A DNA stretch of 64,000 bases. It comes from Candidatus Bathyarchaeota archaeon. GTDB taxonomy: Archaea; Thermoproteota; Bathyarchaeia; Bathyarchaeales; Bathycorpusculaceae. The stretch lies in the NCBI GenBank assembly GCA_963811105.1, contig CAWEPZ010000011.1, positions 640,001 through 704,000 on the forward strand. Reading direction: 5' to 3'. The translations under genes were made by a program, and so were the position numbers. This document shows positions 1-9,916 of the stretch, piece after piece. The notes under the pieces are model-generated. The model worked only from the letters and a program-made list of their open reading frames with translations, was not told the origin of the DNA and ran no database searches. Each line of letters starts with the position of its first letter. Positions within the stretch are counted from its first letter, which is position 1.

Positions 1-953
1 AAGTTTGTTAACGTTATATTTCCATAAAGTGTTACGTTATTCTGTCTGTCTAAGCTATATCCGATCCAAGATATGTTAGGGAAAGCATTCAAAGAAGATT
101 CAATTAGTGATTTGCTCAAAATGATTGGTTCGTCAATCAAAAACGTAAGTGGAACATTGCTTGAATTATAGACACTGTTTTGAGGAGACAAAACAGAGAT
201 AATCGGCGAAATCGGTAAGGCAAAAAAAGCATTATACTGTTTGTTATAAACAAAGTCAAGCATGGTGAAATAGACTGTTTCAGAAACTCCAACATTTCCA
301 GTTGCATCAACCGCATAAACAGTCATGTTATTCGCACCTACCTTATATTCTCCGATTGTTTTATTTCCAAATATCGTTACATTCGCTTGATTATTGATAC
401 TATATGTTGCCCAAACGATTGGTTTGCTAACCGAATAATTTAGGGGAAGCCCTGAGCCAAAGCCCATGTATGTTTCATTTTTTGGAGACTGTACTATGAT
501 TCTTGAAACGCTATCATCGGAGATTGGAGTAATTGTATCTACATGAAAGGTAACATTCGAACTAAAAACATGATCCATATCTGTTAGCCCATGAATCAAT
601 AATGTGTGTTCACCATTTCCCAAGCCAGATATCCATTCGGTTACAATTATTGGAGTGTACGCAGTATATTCATGAGGATAAGAGAATGCTATAACAACAT
701 CTGGTTTCCCATCTAAACTATAATAGAGATTTTTAATTTTCTCAAGGTTAGGTCCATATCCACTTAACGTAATTGTAAGAGCTAAAGGAACATTGGAACG
801 ATAGGTTTCATTCTGTAAAGGTGAGGATATAGCAAGCTCAGGAGGAGACCAATTAATAAAATTGGCTGACGCCATCTTAACCGGTACTCCAACAATTGCT
901 AAGGATAATAGCAACACTATTGTCATTACAGTCGTTGGTCTAATGTTCTTCAT
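1..953 (-). CDS. Secreted/surface protein with Ig-like repeats (3' end outside window)
   Basis: Hand translation from ATG at 953: MKNIRPTTVMTIVLLLSLAIVGVPVKMASANFINWSPPELAISSPLQNETYRSNVPL...YYSLDG; signal peptide and repeated 'SP.NETY'/'YS.D/N' Ig-like units; absent from ORF track because it runs off the window edge. Confidence 0.75.
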   Translation of the reverse strand, partial: MKNIRPTTVMTIVLLLSLAIVGVPVKMASANFINWSPPELAISSPLQNETYRSNVPLALTITLSGYGPNLEKIKNLYYSLDGKPDVVIAFSYPHEYTAYTPIIVTEWISGLGNGEHTLLIHGLTDMDHVFSSNVTFHVDTITPISDDSVSRIIVQSPKNETYMGFGSGLPLNYSVSKPIVWATYSINNQANVTIFGNKTIGEYKVGANNMTVYAVDATGNVGVSETVYFTMLDFVYNKQYNAFFALPISPIISVLSPQNSVYNSSNVPLTFLIDEPIILSKSLIESSLNAFPNISWIGYSLDRQNNVTLYGNITLTN

Positions 954-980
954 TTTATCAAGTAATTCTTCTTAAGTTTT

Positions 981-1042
981 CAATAAAAGGTTTGCAGTTA
1001 AACAATCTTGACTTGGTTTAGTCAAACTTTCTTGACCAGTTT
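981..1042 (-). repeat. Cassette-junction repeat copy 1: 28-bp inverted-repeat site (1015-1042) plus promoter
   Basis: GGTTTAGTCAA-ACTTTC-TTGACCAGTTT; 20-bp core identical to 2539-2558; contains the stop of the YVTN gene; followed on - strand by BRE/TATA-like CAAACCTTTTATTG. Confidence 0.8.
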
Positions 1043-2479
1043 TTTATACCTCAGTGTCAACGCAACACAGAATATTGAGGCAAACAGAGGCAGAATTGCT
1101 ATCAATGGCAACTCTGAAACGGAAGGTGTTGGTGCTGTAGTTGAGGTTTGTATGTCGGTTGGCGTGGTAATTCTTGCGAATGTTGCATTTATAGTGTGGC
1201 TGGTTTGAACATTGGGCAGGTTGTATGCGTTGATGGCTCCCTGCGATACTCCATTGTCTGTTACATCTAAAATTTGGTACCCGACATCTGGAGTTATTAT
1301 GAAGGTGAAGCCACTTCCCGGGTATGCGAAATAGGAATCATGCCCACGGATACCATTAATGTTTCCTCCTGAACCTGCATAAACGTCTACAGCATAATCA
1401 ACATAAAGTGTTTGCGTTGGTGTAGGAAGTACAGCATCGGTTGGTATAGCAGAACGTGAACCATCTGACAACACTGCGACTAAGTCGCTGCTGTCTGCTA
1501 CGAATATTTTGCCTGTTTCTTCATCACAGAGAATTTTATAAGGCATTAAAGGCAATGCCATAGTCTGAACAATGGTATTAGTGCTATCGGATATGATTGA
1601 GATAGAATTTGGGACTATGTTGCCAACGATTATTGCGCCAATGTTTGAATCATAAGCTATACCGCTTGTCATGGTGTTAGAAGGCAAATTGACTGTTGCA
1701 ACTACCGAATGAGAGATACCGTTTATTATTGAGACCTTGTCTGTACCTAAGTTAAGTGCGAATATCTCACCTTTGCCAGAATCGTAAACTATGCTTTGGT
1801 CACCCAATGCTACATTAACTGGGAAGGTTGCAGCCACTTTGTTAGTTGAATCCGATATAACAGAGATGAGGTTTCCTTCACCGTATAAAGAAACTGCAGA
1901 GGGATAACTGGTTACATATATTTCTCCTCTTCCAGAATTGTAAGCCAAGCAATGCGGTTGCCCCTCAATTGGTATAGTTGCTATGATGTAGTTAGTATTA
2001 TCTGAAATGACGGACACCGTGCCGGAGGCTGAATTTGCAACGAAGACCTCATTTTTACCGGAGTCATATACTATGCCTGTTGGGACACTTCCCACGCTTA
2101 TGTTTGCTACAACTAAATTTGTGGTATCAGAGATTACCAACACCGTGTCAGCGGCAGCGATGGATACGAATATTTCGCCTTTGCCCGAGTCATAAGCCAG
2201 GCAATAGGAGCTGTATCCCTTGTTTAGCTGGGCGCTTGTCAACTGAATGCTTGCAACTATATTATTATCAGTATCGTGTATAATTGAGATGGTCCCAATG
2301 GAAGAATAGGGTTGACCTGAAGAAACGAATACTTCACCCTTGCCAGAATCATAGGCTAAAGCCTGATTTCCAGTCGTAGAAAGATGAATAGTCTTAATTA
2401 CTGTGACTTGACAGGAAGCAGGCACAGCTAACAAGAAGACCAAAAACAAAAGAATGAAAACTTTGAACCAATTGTTCAT
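1022..2479 (-). CDS. YncE/YVTN beta-propeller surface protein with InlB-B-like repeat and C-terminal sorting/TM tail
   Basis: Repeated 'LAYDSGKGEIFV...VSVISD.TN.V' blades, signal peptide, Thr/Pro linker, 'PSVSEL'+TM+basic tail. Confidence 0.9.
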   Translation of the reverse strand: MNNWFKVFILLFLVFLLAVPASCQVTVIKTIHLSTTGNQALAYDSGKGEVFVSSGQPYSSIGTISIIHDTDNNIVASIQLTSAQLNKGYSSYCLAYDSGKGEIFVSIAAADTVLVISDTTNLVVANISVGSVPTGIVYDSGKNEVFVANSASGTVSVISDNTNYIIATIPIEGQPHCLAYNSGRGEIYVTSYPSAVSLYGEGNLISVISDSTNKVAATFPVNVALGDQSIVYDSGKGEIFALNLGTDKVSIINGISHSVVATVNLPSNTMTSGIAYDSNIGAIIVGNIVPNSISIISDSTNTIVQTMALPLMPYKILCDEETGKIFVADSSDLVAVLSDGSRSAIPTDAVLPTPTQTLYVDYAVDVYAGSGGNINGIRGHDSYFAYPGSGFTFIITPDVGYQILDVTDNGVSQGAINAYNLPNVQTSHTINATFARITTPTDIQTSTTAPTPSVSELPLIAILPLFASIFCVALTLRYKKLVKKV

Positions 2480-2501
2480 ATGTGCTTATTCGGTTTTTTT
2501 A

Positions 2502-2563
2502 CAATAAAAAGCTTGCAGTAAAATAACCTTGATTAAACTTAGTCAAACTTTCTTGACCTGTTT
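2502..2563 (-). repeat. Cassette-junction repeat copy 2: 28-bp inverted-repeat site (2536-2563) plus promoter
   Basis: AACTTAGTCAA-ACTTTC-TTGACCTGTTT; about 60 bp aligns without gaps to 981-1037. Confidence 0.8.
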
Positions 2564-2600
2564 TCGATGCCTCCTAACAAGCAACGAAAAGACAACAATG
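2543..2600 (-). pseudogene. C-terminal remnant of a surface-protein gene (IVVFSLLVRRHRKQVKKV*)
   Basis: Hydrophobic stretch + RRHRK + the same VKKV* ending as the YVTN gene. Confidence 0.65.
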
Positions 2601-2604
2601 AACC

Positions 2605-2830
2605 TCGACAACTGTTAACAGAAAAAAAGTCTATGCATTCTACTGCAAAGAGTCTAGGCAAAACCCTTTCTTTTGTGCAAATGAAAACATTTCGCTTAGG
2701 CTTAGTAGTTGTTGATGAGAGTGAAAAAAACACGCCATCAACAACTACCTTTACTAAGTTAGTTTTGCCAATTGAATCCTGCATACGAAGGTCTACTCAT
2801 TTTGGAAGAAGGCCAGCGCGCGATTTATAG
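2605..2830 (+). pseudogene. Provirus HTH/putative terminase small subunit remnant
   Basis: KSMHSTAKSLGKT...RLGLVVVDESEKNTPSTTT..KLVLP aligns at DNA and protein level with 10904-11048, which lies directly upstream of a terminase fragment. Confidence 0.55.
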
Positions 2831-2879
2831 CGAGACGATTCAGCTTGGCTGTGCAAAGCTTTTGGATTCCGCTTTTCTG

Positions 2880-3330
2880 ACCCTACGCAACTTGAGGCTT
2901 TTAGGCATATGATGGCAAAGCTTCAGCCACAAAATGTGGAGACCAAACTTATAAAAAGCTAATCGCATAAATTGTCTTCTTACCAAATATGCGTTTCGGA
3001 GACGAAAAATTTGGGACCGGAACAACTGTTTTAGCAGGTTCCGGAGAGAAGGATAGACATCGCTGGAAAACTCGTTGAATTTGCTTGGAAAATGCAAAAA
3101 GAAGGCTATGATAAAGAAACGATTCGAGGTGACTGCGGCTGCTTACGGGCATTGGATTTGCGGGGAGCGGAAATATACCATTGAGCACGCCCTTTTCGAG
3201 GCTGGTCGCTAACGACCAATTTATTGTTCATATTGCTGAAAAGTCTGAGGAAATCAAAGAACTTCCAGAAGCTGGGTTCGAATACGCTTGTGCGAAAGAT
3301 ACGTTAATATTCCTGAGAAAAGAAAATGAC
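2880..3330 (+). pseudogene. Tyrosine integrase remnant (internally deleted)
   Basis: Fragments 'EFAWKMQKEGYDKETIRG' and C-terminal 'EEIKELPEAGFEYACAKD..IFLRK', matching the tail of the integrase at 15743; abuts tRNA-His. Confidence 0.65.
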
Positions 3331-3373
3331 ACGAAAGCCAAGCATCTCCAGCAGGCGGAGACTTCCAAAATGT

Positions 3374-3447
3374 GGCCGGGGTGAGGTAGCTTGGTAGCCT
3401 AGAGGCCTGTGGAGCCTTTTGCCAGGGTTCAAATCCCTGCCCCGGCC
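3374..3447 (+). tRNA. tRNA-His(GTG)
   Basis: GCCGGGG/CCCCGGC acceptor, GAGGC-CTGTGGA-GCCTT anticodon arm, GGTTCAAATCC T arm, encoded G-1 with C73. Confidence 0.95.
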
Positions 3448-3470
3448 CTTCTTTGCTTTGGTATATAAGT

Positions 3471-3558
3471 GCAGAGGTCGCCGAGCATGGTCAAAGGCGT
3501 AGGCTTCAGGAGCCTATCCTGTAGAGGTTCGTGGGTTCAAATCCCACCCTCTGCACCA
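3471..3558 (+). tRNA. tRNA-Leu(CAG)
   Basis: GCAGAGG/CCTCTGC acceptor, TAGGC-TTCAGGA-GCCTA, long variable arm, encoded CCA. Confidence 0.95.
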
Positions 3559-3676
3559 ATTCTGATTAGCCTTGCTATTTTGAAACTCGTCTATTGCAGT
3601 AATTGACAGTTGTTCGTACAGTTTTTGAACTATAGTGCAAAACTTGTATAAGGAACCATGTTTAGCTTGTTTGGAT

Positions 3677-4360
3677 ATGGCTAAGAGAAGACTGCTTGCA
3701 ATTATAATCGCACTAATCTTAGTGATAACACCTATAGTCTTGTTGCGGGCAACAAGCTTTCCGACTAACAAGGCGCCAGTCACAAGCCCCATTCGAGTTG
3801 CATGTGTTGGGGATAGCATAACCGAGAAAAGCAAGTACACCGCTGATCTTCAGTCAATGCTTGGTCCCAAATACTTAGTAGGTAATTTTGGCGTAAGCGG
3901 ATCAACTGTTTCGCTTAGCACATATAAACCATATATGGATCAGCCTCAATTCCAAGACGCCGAGAATTTTGAGCCTGACGTCGTAGTTATCATGTTGGGA
4001 ACGAACGATGCTCATAGCGATCTTCAACAATACAGTGTAACCTTTGAAGGTGATTATGGCAACCTTATTGACTCATTCCAAAACCTCAGCAGCACTCCAC
4101 AAGTTTTGGTTGTGGAATCACCACCAGTCTATAACAATACGTTAGATCTAAACTCAACGTTTTTCAGTAGCACAATAATTCCCCACATACAAAATGTTGC
4201 AAATCAGCAAAACTTGCCCGCAATTGATGTTTATGATACTTTTGGCAACCGCTCGGATTATACCGTTGATGGAATTCACCCAAATGATGATGGGGCTGCA
4301 CTTATCGCTTCTCAAGTGTACAATGCAATAACGCCCGTAGATACAAGCTCAGCGCCTTAA
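3677..4360 (+). CDS. Membrane-anchored SGNH/GDSL hydrolase
   Basis: GDSIT, GNFGVSG, MLGTND, DGIHP motifs; N-terminal TM; start placed at MAKRR. Confidence 0.9.
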   Translation: MAKRRLLAIIIALILVITPIVLLRATSFPTNKAPVTSPIRVACVGDSITEKSKYTADLQSMLGPKYLVGNFGVSGSTVSLSTYKPYMDQPQFQDAENFEPDVVVIMLGTNDAHSDLQQYSVTFEGDYGNLIDSFQNLSSTPQVLVVESPPVYNNTLDLNSTFFSSTIIPHIQNVANQQNLPAIDVYDTFGNRSDYTVDGIHPNDDGAALIASQVYNAITPVDTSSAP

Positions 4361-4612
4361 CTCGTTATAATAAAAGATAGCTATTTTCTAAACATAACTT
4401 AGGCTGGTTTTACCTAAAAACACGAATACATGTGTTGCAATAGAGATCGAACATAATGGCAACCGAAAACAAACATTGTAGTTCAAGCAAGAACCAGAAA
4501 AAAAATTCATCCAAACAGAAAAGCAAATAAGGAAAGCGAAGATGAATCGGGAGAACTCCTTGCGTATGATAAAGCTCGGAAACTTGCGGAAAAATACTAT
4601 TAAGCTAGCCTC

Positions 4613-5758
4613 ATGAGTAATAAAAACATGTTCTTTCACGTAATAGTGACAACAGAATGCAATTTGCAATGCAAATACTGTTTTGGCGAATCGATGGATG
4701 ACTTCGACGAAGACTTCGGAGATAACGTTGAAGTTGATTACAATTTGCCTCGCCAAATTAATTATAACGTTGAATTTTTGGATGCGTTTTGTCGAAAAGA
4801 CCCTGACTGCGTCTTAACCTTTTACGGCGGCGAACCCTTGCTTGAAATTGATAAAATCAAACAGATTATGGATAAGGCGACGCCGAATTATTTTATGATT
4901 CAGACAAATGGCTTGCTGCTTGACAAGCTAGAGCCTGCATATGTCAACCGCTTTCATACGATTCTAGTTTCAATTGACGGAGAAGAAGCGTTAACGGACT
5001 ATTACCGTGGAAAAGGCACTTTCCGCAAAGTCATCGACAACCTGAAACTGATTAAGCAGAACGGTTTTCAAGGGGAACTAATTGCAAGAGTAACAGTAAT
5101 GGAGCAAACCGACATCTCCAAACAAATAAGATGGCTCCTGGATAACGATGGTTTTTCTTTTTCCTCAGTGCATTGGCAATTAAACGCAGGTTTTTGGGGA
5201 AACGATTACCAAAGACGCAACTTTGAACACTGGGCAAAAACAAACTACATCCCCGGCGTGAAAAAACTTGCAGAGTTCTGGGTTGACCAGATGGAAGAGA
5301 GAGGCGTTGTTTTGAAGCTTTACCCTTTGCTCGGCATCACCGATTCGATTTTGCGCGACGAAAAGAGTTGTCTGATGCGTTGCGGTGGAGGCTGGATAAA
5401 TTATGCCATACAAACAGACGGTTATATTATTCCTTGCCCAACAATGTGGGGGATGAAAAAATACTATTTAGGCCACATAAGCAACGCAGATCCGCTTACG
5501 CTTTCGAAAATCTTTGTAGACCAGTCGCCATGCCTAAATTGTTCAATCCTCAATATCTGCGGTGGCAGATGCTTATACACAAACATAACTAAGCGGTGGA
5601 ATGACGAAGCCTACAGTAAGGTCTGTAACACGGTTGCCGAGCTTGTCGAGTCAGTGAAGGCACAGATTCCTCGAATTCAGCGATTGCTCGCAGACGAAAA
5701 AATTAGCTTTAGAGATTTCGATTTTATGAAGTACAATGGCTGCGAAATTATACCTTGA
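4613..5758 (+). CDS. Radical SAM/SPASM protein (AF_0577-like, TIGR04084-type)
   Basis: CNLQCKYC, YGGEP, C-terminal CGGG..PCP..CLNC..CGGRC SPASM cysteines, ends EIIP. Confidence 0.88.
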   Translation: MSNKNMFFHVIVTTECNLQCKYCFGESMDDFDEDFGDNVEVDYNLPRQINYNVEFLDAFCRKDPDCVLTFYGGEPLLEIDKIKQIMDKATPNYFMIQTNGLLLDKLEPAYVNRFHTILVSIDGEEALTDYYRGKGTFRKVIDNLKLIKQNGFQGELIARVTVMEQTDISKQIRWLLDNDGFSFSSVHWQLNAGFWGNDYQRRNFEHWAKTNYIPGVKKLAEFWVDQMEERGVVLKLYPLLGITDSILRDEKSCLMRCGGGWINYAIQTDGYIIPCPTMWGMKKYYLGHISNADPLTLSKIFVDQSPCLNCSILNICGGRCLYTNITKRWNDEAYSKVCNTVAELVESVKAQIPRIQRLLADEKISFRDFDFMKYNGCEIIP

Positions 5759-6216
5759 GTTTTGGAAGAATCCATTGTCTTTTTACTTTCTTTTCCTGAA
5801 TAGTTTATGTCCCTCAATTTCTGCATGTAACTCAAATCCTCCTTCTCGCCCAGCTGAAGGATACGCACGTACTCTTCATTGTCAAGTTCCGAGTTGTGTT
5901 TACCCTTAAGCTTGTTTAGAATCTGCCTAAGCATACGCCTATCCACGTCGGTTACTTGCGACCGAAGAACTGGAGCAAAAAACTCGCCATGCCGCTTACA
6001 AATTTCTGTTCGCGTTTCACCATCAACCAATAACCCATCTTTGTTGGTGAGCATTGGGTAGGTCCAACCATACTTTTGTAAGCTACGCCAGATTTGCACT
6101 TGCTGCTTTAGCGTAGTTACATTAGGGTTGTTTTGGTCCGCATTCAATAGACGGATGTCTTCTACGATAGAGCCGTAGACTTCTGGTATTCTAAGGGTAG
6201 TTTTCTTTTCCATCAT
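5677..6216 (-). CDS. ParB/Srx N-terminal domain protein, provirus-type, probably truncated
   Basis: 'NNPN','SLQKYGWTYPML','LLVDGETR','ILNKLKG' ParB-N motifs; 3' end runs into the convergent rSAM gene. Confidence 0.7.
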   Translation of the reverse strand: MMEKKTTLRIPEVYGSIVEDIRLLNADQNNPNVTTLKQQVQIWRSLQKYGWTYPMLTNKDGLLVDGETRTEICKRHGEFFAPVLRSQVTDVDRRMLRQILNKLKGKHNSELDNEEYVRILQLGEKEDLSYMQKLRDINYSGKESKKTMDSSKTQGIISQPLYFIKSKSLKLIFSSASNR

Positions 6217-6230
6217 CTAATCTCCTTTTT

Positions 6231-6678
6231 CTATTTGCTAAATAGTGACATTGATCGTAGAAACGGTTCGTTTTTTGCAAGCTCGCTTTCTATTTCTGCC
6301 GATCGTTTTTCGGCATCTTGTTTTTCTTTAAGGGTTTCCAACCCCAGCAGTGCCACTAAACGGTCTGTGACCCTTAAGGATTTTACTTCTGGTGCATGTG
6401 TCCAGTTGCAAGTTAAATGCCAATACAATCGTAAACAGAGTTTTTCGTAATTTGAAGCTGTGTGCTGAAGAACGTCTACTTTGTCATAAATCGCTTTCAT
6501 TTGGAATAAGGCTTTAACAAAAACTTTCCGCTGTGGGTCTCCTTGGGTCTTTTCAATATTGATCTGGTAAGGTTCTTATGGTTCTTCATCCCACGGTTGC
6601 CCTAACATTTTGGCTTCTTCTTGGGATTGAGGGTATTTCTCAATTAGATATTTGCGGGCTTTGGCATATGTTATCATG
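6231..6678 (-). pseudogene. Provirus hypothetical gene, disrupted
   Basis: ORF 6231-6500 plus upstream fragment MITYAKARKYLIEK..GQPWDE interrupted by a stop; directly upstream of the ParB-like gene. Confidence 0.4.
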
Positions 6679-6949
6679 ATTTCCCATTCAGCGCCCGATA
6701 TTAAGGATAAACCGAGAGCTAGCTCTCAAGACAACACAAAACAAGACAACAATCACTATATGTTGTAATGACCAAACAAAACTTGTGCTGATGTGATAAT
6801 CAAATTAGTTTAACTGTAATACCGAAGTTATTGAATCAGCTATCTTTTCAATTCAGTTTTAATTTACCAAAAAAATATAGAGTAATTGACAAGTTCATAG
6901 TGTTTTTATACAAAAAAAAGAGGAAGAAACTTTGAGTCTTCATTATGGA

Positions 6950-9544
6950 TTACTTCTTCCGATAAAGTATTAGTCCTACTAATGCGACTGCAATAATAAC
7001 TGCAATTATTCCGCCGAGTATTGTCATTGTGTAATCAGGTATGATTATTTTCTGTTGTTGTCCTGTATTAGTTGATGTTGGTGCTGGAACAACAGTGATG
7101 GCAGTTGAGGCTCCTGAACTTCCATATGAGTCATCTCCTGCAAACGTTGAGATGATTTGGTAGGTACCTGTTGCTGGTGGTGTCCATTTAAGTGCAAAAG
7201 TGCCGTAGTAAGCGTTTGTAGTTGTAATGCCAATGTTTGTTGGGTTACCGTTATCGTCAATAGCAGTTAGTGTCACGGGTACTCCAGTCATAGTAATGTT
7301 GTTCCATATTCCGTCGATAGGATATTGCATGTGCAGGTATTCCATTTGTGTAGTCATGGATTCTTTAGATACGCATGGCGTGCCTGGTTGCCCGGGAGAT
7401 TGATCTAAAACTGTGCCAGTTAATACTGCGCTTTGCCCTAGTGATAGTTCTATTTTTGGTCCATCAATTGTTGTTGCACTTTGGCCTTTACCGAAAACGT
7501 ATTCGCACCCATCATATGCGTTGGATATTGCGATGTATCCGTCAGCTATAGCACCTTGGAATACTCTAGAGCCATCACCTCCCCCGGCTTGGGTAGCGGT
7601 TATGTTCCATATTCCTTCGCCATTGGTTGCATTAATGCAATGGAACTTCCAACCTCTTTTTAACGGTTGATCAGGCGAGTGTTCGGCGTTGAATGTATAG
7701 ATTTTACCGTCAGCAACGCAAGCTACTGCATGCCAAGATCCGACAGTTGTGCCATTTGAACCTGTATATGGCGTTTCGTATGGCAAGGTTCCAGACTCAA
7801 ATTTCCAAACTATTTTTCCGTTGTTCCAGTCAAGGGCGCAAATGCAATCATACTGGCTTGAAATTATATAGCCACCGTATGAGGTTGTACCGTATGTTCC
7901 GAAGGTTCCCCAAGGCCAACTGGACAATTCGCCTTTCCATAGAAATTTCCCTGAAGTTAGATCCCAACAATACCAATATCCGTCGTTAAAGCGTGTCGCA
8001 TATTTTCCATGATCTGCTAATGCAATTCCCGCACTGAATTGACCTGTATTGACACCGGATGAAATATTCCACAGCAACTGTCCTGTTATCAAGCTGGCAG
8101 CCATTAATCGTGTTTCAGTAGCGACTTGTGTGGCTGGATTAATTACACTGGCACTGGAAACGGCTATGCCTGTTTCAAAATCAGCACAGTTTCCTAAATT
8201 GCTGAATGGCCAAGATATGTTGCCAACTATTCTAGTGCCCGCAGTTGTAGTTAGGCTATCAAATGTCCCTTTTGTTGTCCAGTTAATCAATCTGTAGTTA
8301 GGATTAGCTGTGGTGCCGATATTCTGAACGCTTAGAACGTATGGATTATTGTAGAAAACTCCTGTTGTCAATGGATCGATTGAGTAGTTTCCTACTATCG
8401 CTCCATTCCATGGTCGATACTTTATCAGTCTTCCATTGCCTATATAGCCCAAATACGCCGTTGCTGTAAATGGCTGTGCGTTTGCGTCACTTTCACCCGC
8501 ATTACCACCCGGGTCATACATTATGAATGTGGGTGGTTGAGTAATGTTTGTCAGTTCAAAGTAGACTTCACCAGTGCGTATGTCATAACATTGCCAAACC
8601 GGCTGAGCCACTCCATTGAAAGTTTTCTGCACGATCTGGTAAGCTCTCCCATCATAGATAATAGTTGGATGCCCATAAATCACCGTGGTTGACTCGCCAA
8701 TGCTTTGTTGTCCCATTGATCCGCCTATGAGGCCGCCTATGGCAAACTGTCGCTTCCAAACTATGTGTGCAGTGTTTGGCGCTAATACGTAAGCGGCGTA
8801 ATAATTGTTCATTGTTCCCCCATTATAGACATTGTATTTGTTTGTATTTGCTGGCCAATTGGAGCCTCCGCCTACAACGCCTGTTGCAGGCCAGTTCCCC
8901 AGAATGGACCACCATTCTCTATTATGTGGGGCTACAGGTCTGGTCCAGTAATCAGTGGGCAATGATGATGTAGGCCAAGATGCTGCTTGCTCAGCGCTTA
9001 CCACTAGGGCGTAAGGTCCATCTGAACTTGGTTCATAGTACACTGAAGAGGTGAACTTTGTGCCTGAAGTATTCGTCACGATATATCCATTATAATATTG
9101 TCCTGCTGGGTAGTACATTCCTAGAAAATCAGACTTAATCGTCCAATTGCCAACTTGATCAGCTGTGTATTCAAACCATGCTGTTCCATCTCCAAGGTAC
9201 GAATCCAAAGGACCGATAACATCTTTGGTTCCATCAGGCTTAGTGATTGTAACGGTGAAGGCTTGGGTAAACATCCGCTGTGCATGAATTGGTGGTTGCA
9301 TCCATATGTTGACTAGAAATGGCTGTCCTAGCCCTACTGGGCGCGGTCTAAAGCTAAGGTGAGTGATTGTACTAATTGTTGCATCGACCGTAACGCCGTT
9401 TGGTAATGGTCCACTAGCTGGTTGTTGGGTGGCAAGTTGTGCTTTAGCTGGAATAATTATGTCATTTGTCATCATGAGGATTGGTGAGATCATAAGAAAA
9501 ATTGCTAGTGTTACTGCTAATTTTGACAGTTTAAAAGAGTTCAA
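6950..9544 (-). CDS. Large PQQ-like beta-propeller surface protein (paralog 1)
   Basis: Signal peptide, 'LPTDYWTRP','D..TG...W' blades,'EHSP.QP..RGW','FGKGQSATT','VLDQSPGQ', C-terminal TM. Confidence 0.88.
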   Translation of the reverse strand: MNSFKLSKLAVTLAIFLMISPILMMTNDIIIPAKAQLATQQPASGPLPNGVTVDATISTITHLSFRPRPVGLGQPFLVNIWMQPPIHAQRMFTQAFTVTITKPDGTKDVIGPLDSYLGDGTAWFEYTADQVGNWTIKSDFLGMYYPAGQYYNGYIVTNTSGTKFTSSVYYEPSSDGPYALVVSAEQAASWPTSSLPTDYWTRPVAPHNREWWSILGNWPATGVVGGGSNWPANTNKYNVYNGGTMNNYYAAYVLAPNTAHIVWKRQFAIGGLIGGSMGQQSIGESTTVIYGHPTIIYDGRAYQIVQKTFNGVAQPVWQCYDIRTGEVYFELTNITQPPTFIMYDPGGNAGESDANAQPFTATAYLGYIGNGRLIKYRPWNGAIVGNYSIDPLTTGVFYNNPYVLSVQNIGTTANPNYRLINWTTKGTFDSLTTTAGTRIVGNISWPFSNLGNCADFETGIAVSSASVINPATQVATETRLMAASLITGQLLWNISSGVNTGQFSAGIALADHGKYATRFNDGYWYCWDLTSGKFLWKGELSSWPWGTFGTYGTTSYGGYIISSQYDCICALDWNNGKIVWKFESGTLPYETPYTGSNGTTVGSWHAVACVADGKIYTFNAEHSPDQPLKRGWKFHCINATNGEGIWNITATQAGGGDGSRVFQGAIADGYIAISNAYDGCEYVFGKGQSATTIDGPKIELSLGQSAVLTGTVLDQSPGQPGTPCVSKESMTTQMEYLHMQYPIDGIWNNITMTGVPVTLTAIDDNGNPTNIGITTTNAYYGTFALKWTPPATGTYQIISTFAGDDSYGSSGASTAITVVPAPTSTNTGQQQKIIIPDYTMTILGGIIAVIIAVALVGLILYRKK

Positions 9545-9916
9545 TTTTGCTTTTCACCGTTTTCCAATCTATCAAATTGCTTTTAAGACTTATTGAAAAC
9601 ATAAAAAAAATTAATAAAAATGAAATTAATACTCATTTAATAGTTGAATATTTTTAAATAAGAACGCATGCAAACCCCAAAGCCGCAATCGTCAATTCGT
9701 AAGTAGTATCCAAAATAATGATTTAGCTACCCCCTAACTATTCAAACTTTGAATTCTACTATAAAATAAAATAGGAAAAAAGAGAAAATATGCGGGAGAT
9801 TTCTCCTCTGATTTTGTGTTAAGGATTTAATAAGAAATTAAAAAAAAGGGAGAAGGTATTGCGTGAGAATGGTGACATCACCACTGAAAACGAATGCGAA
9901 ATTATTCCTTAGTACT

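Noticed and set aside
3514-3840. 108-aa - strand ORF
   Set aside because: Overlaps tRNA-Leu and the SGNH gene antisense.
6797-6816. TAATCAA-ATTAGT-TTAACTG resembling the secondary box of the cassette repeat
   Set aside because: AT-rich, lacks the primary GTCAA/TTGAC site and is not at a gene end; may be chance.
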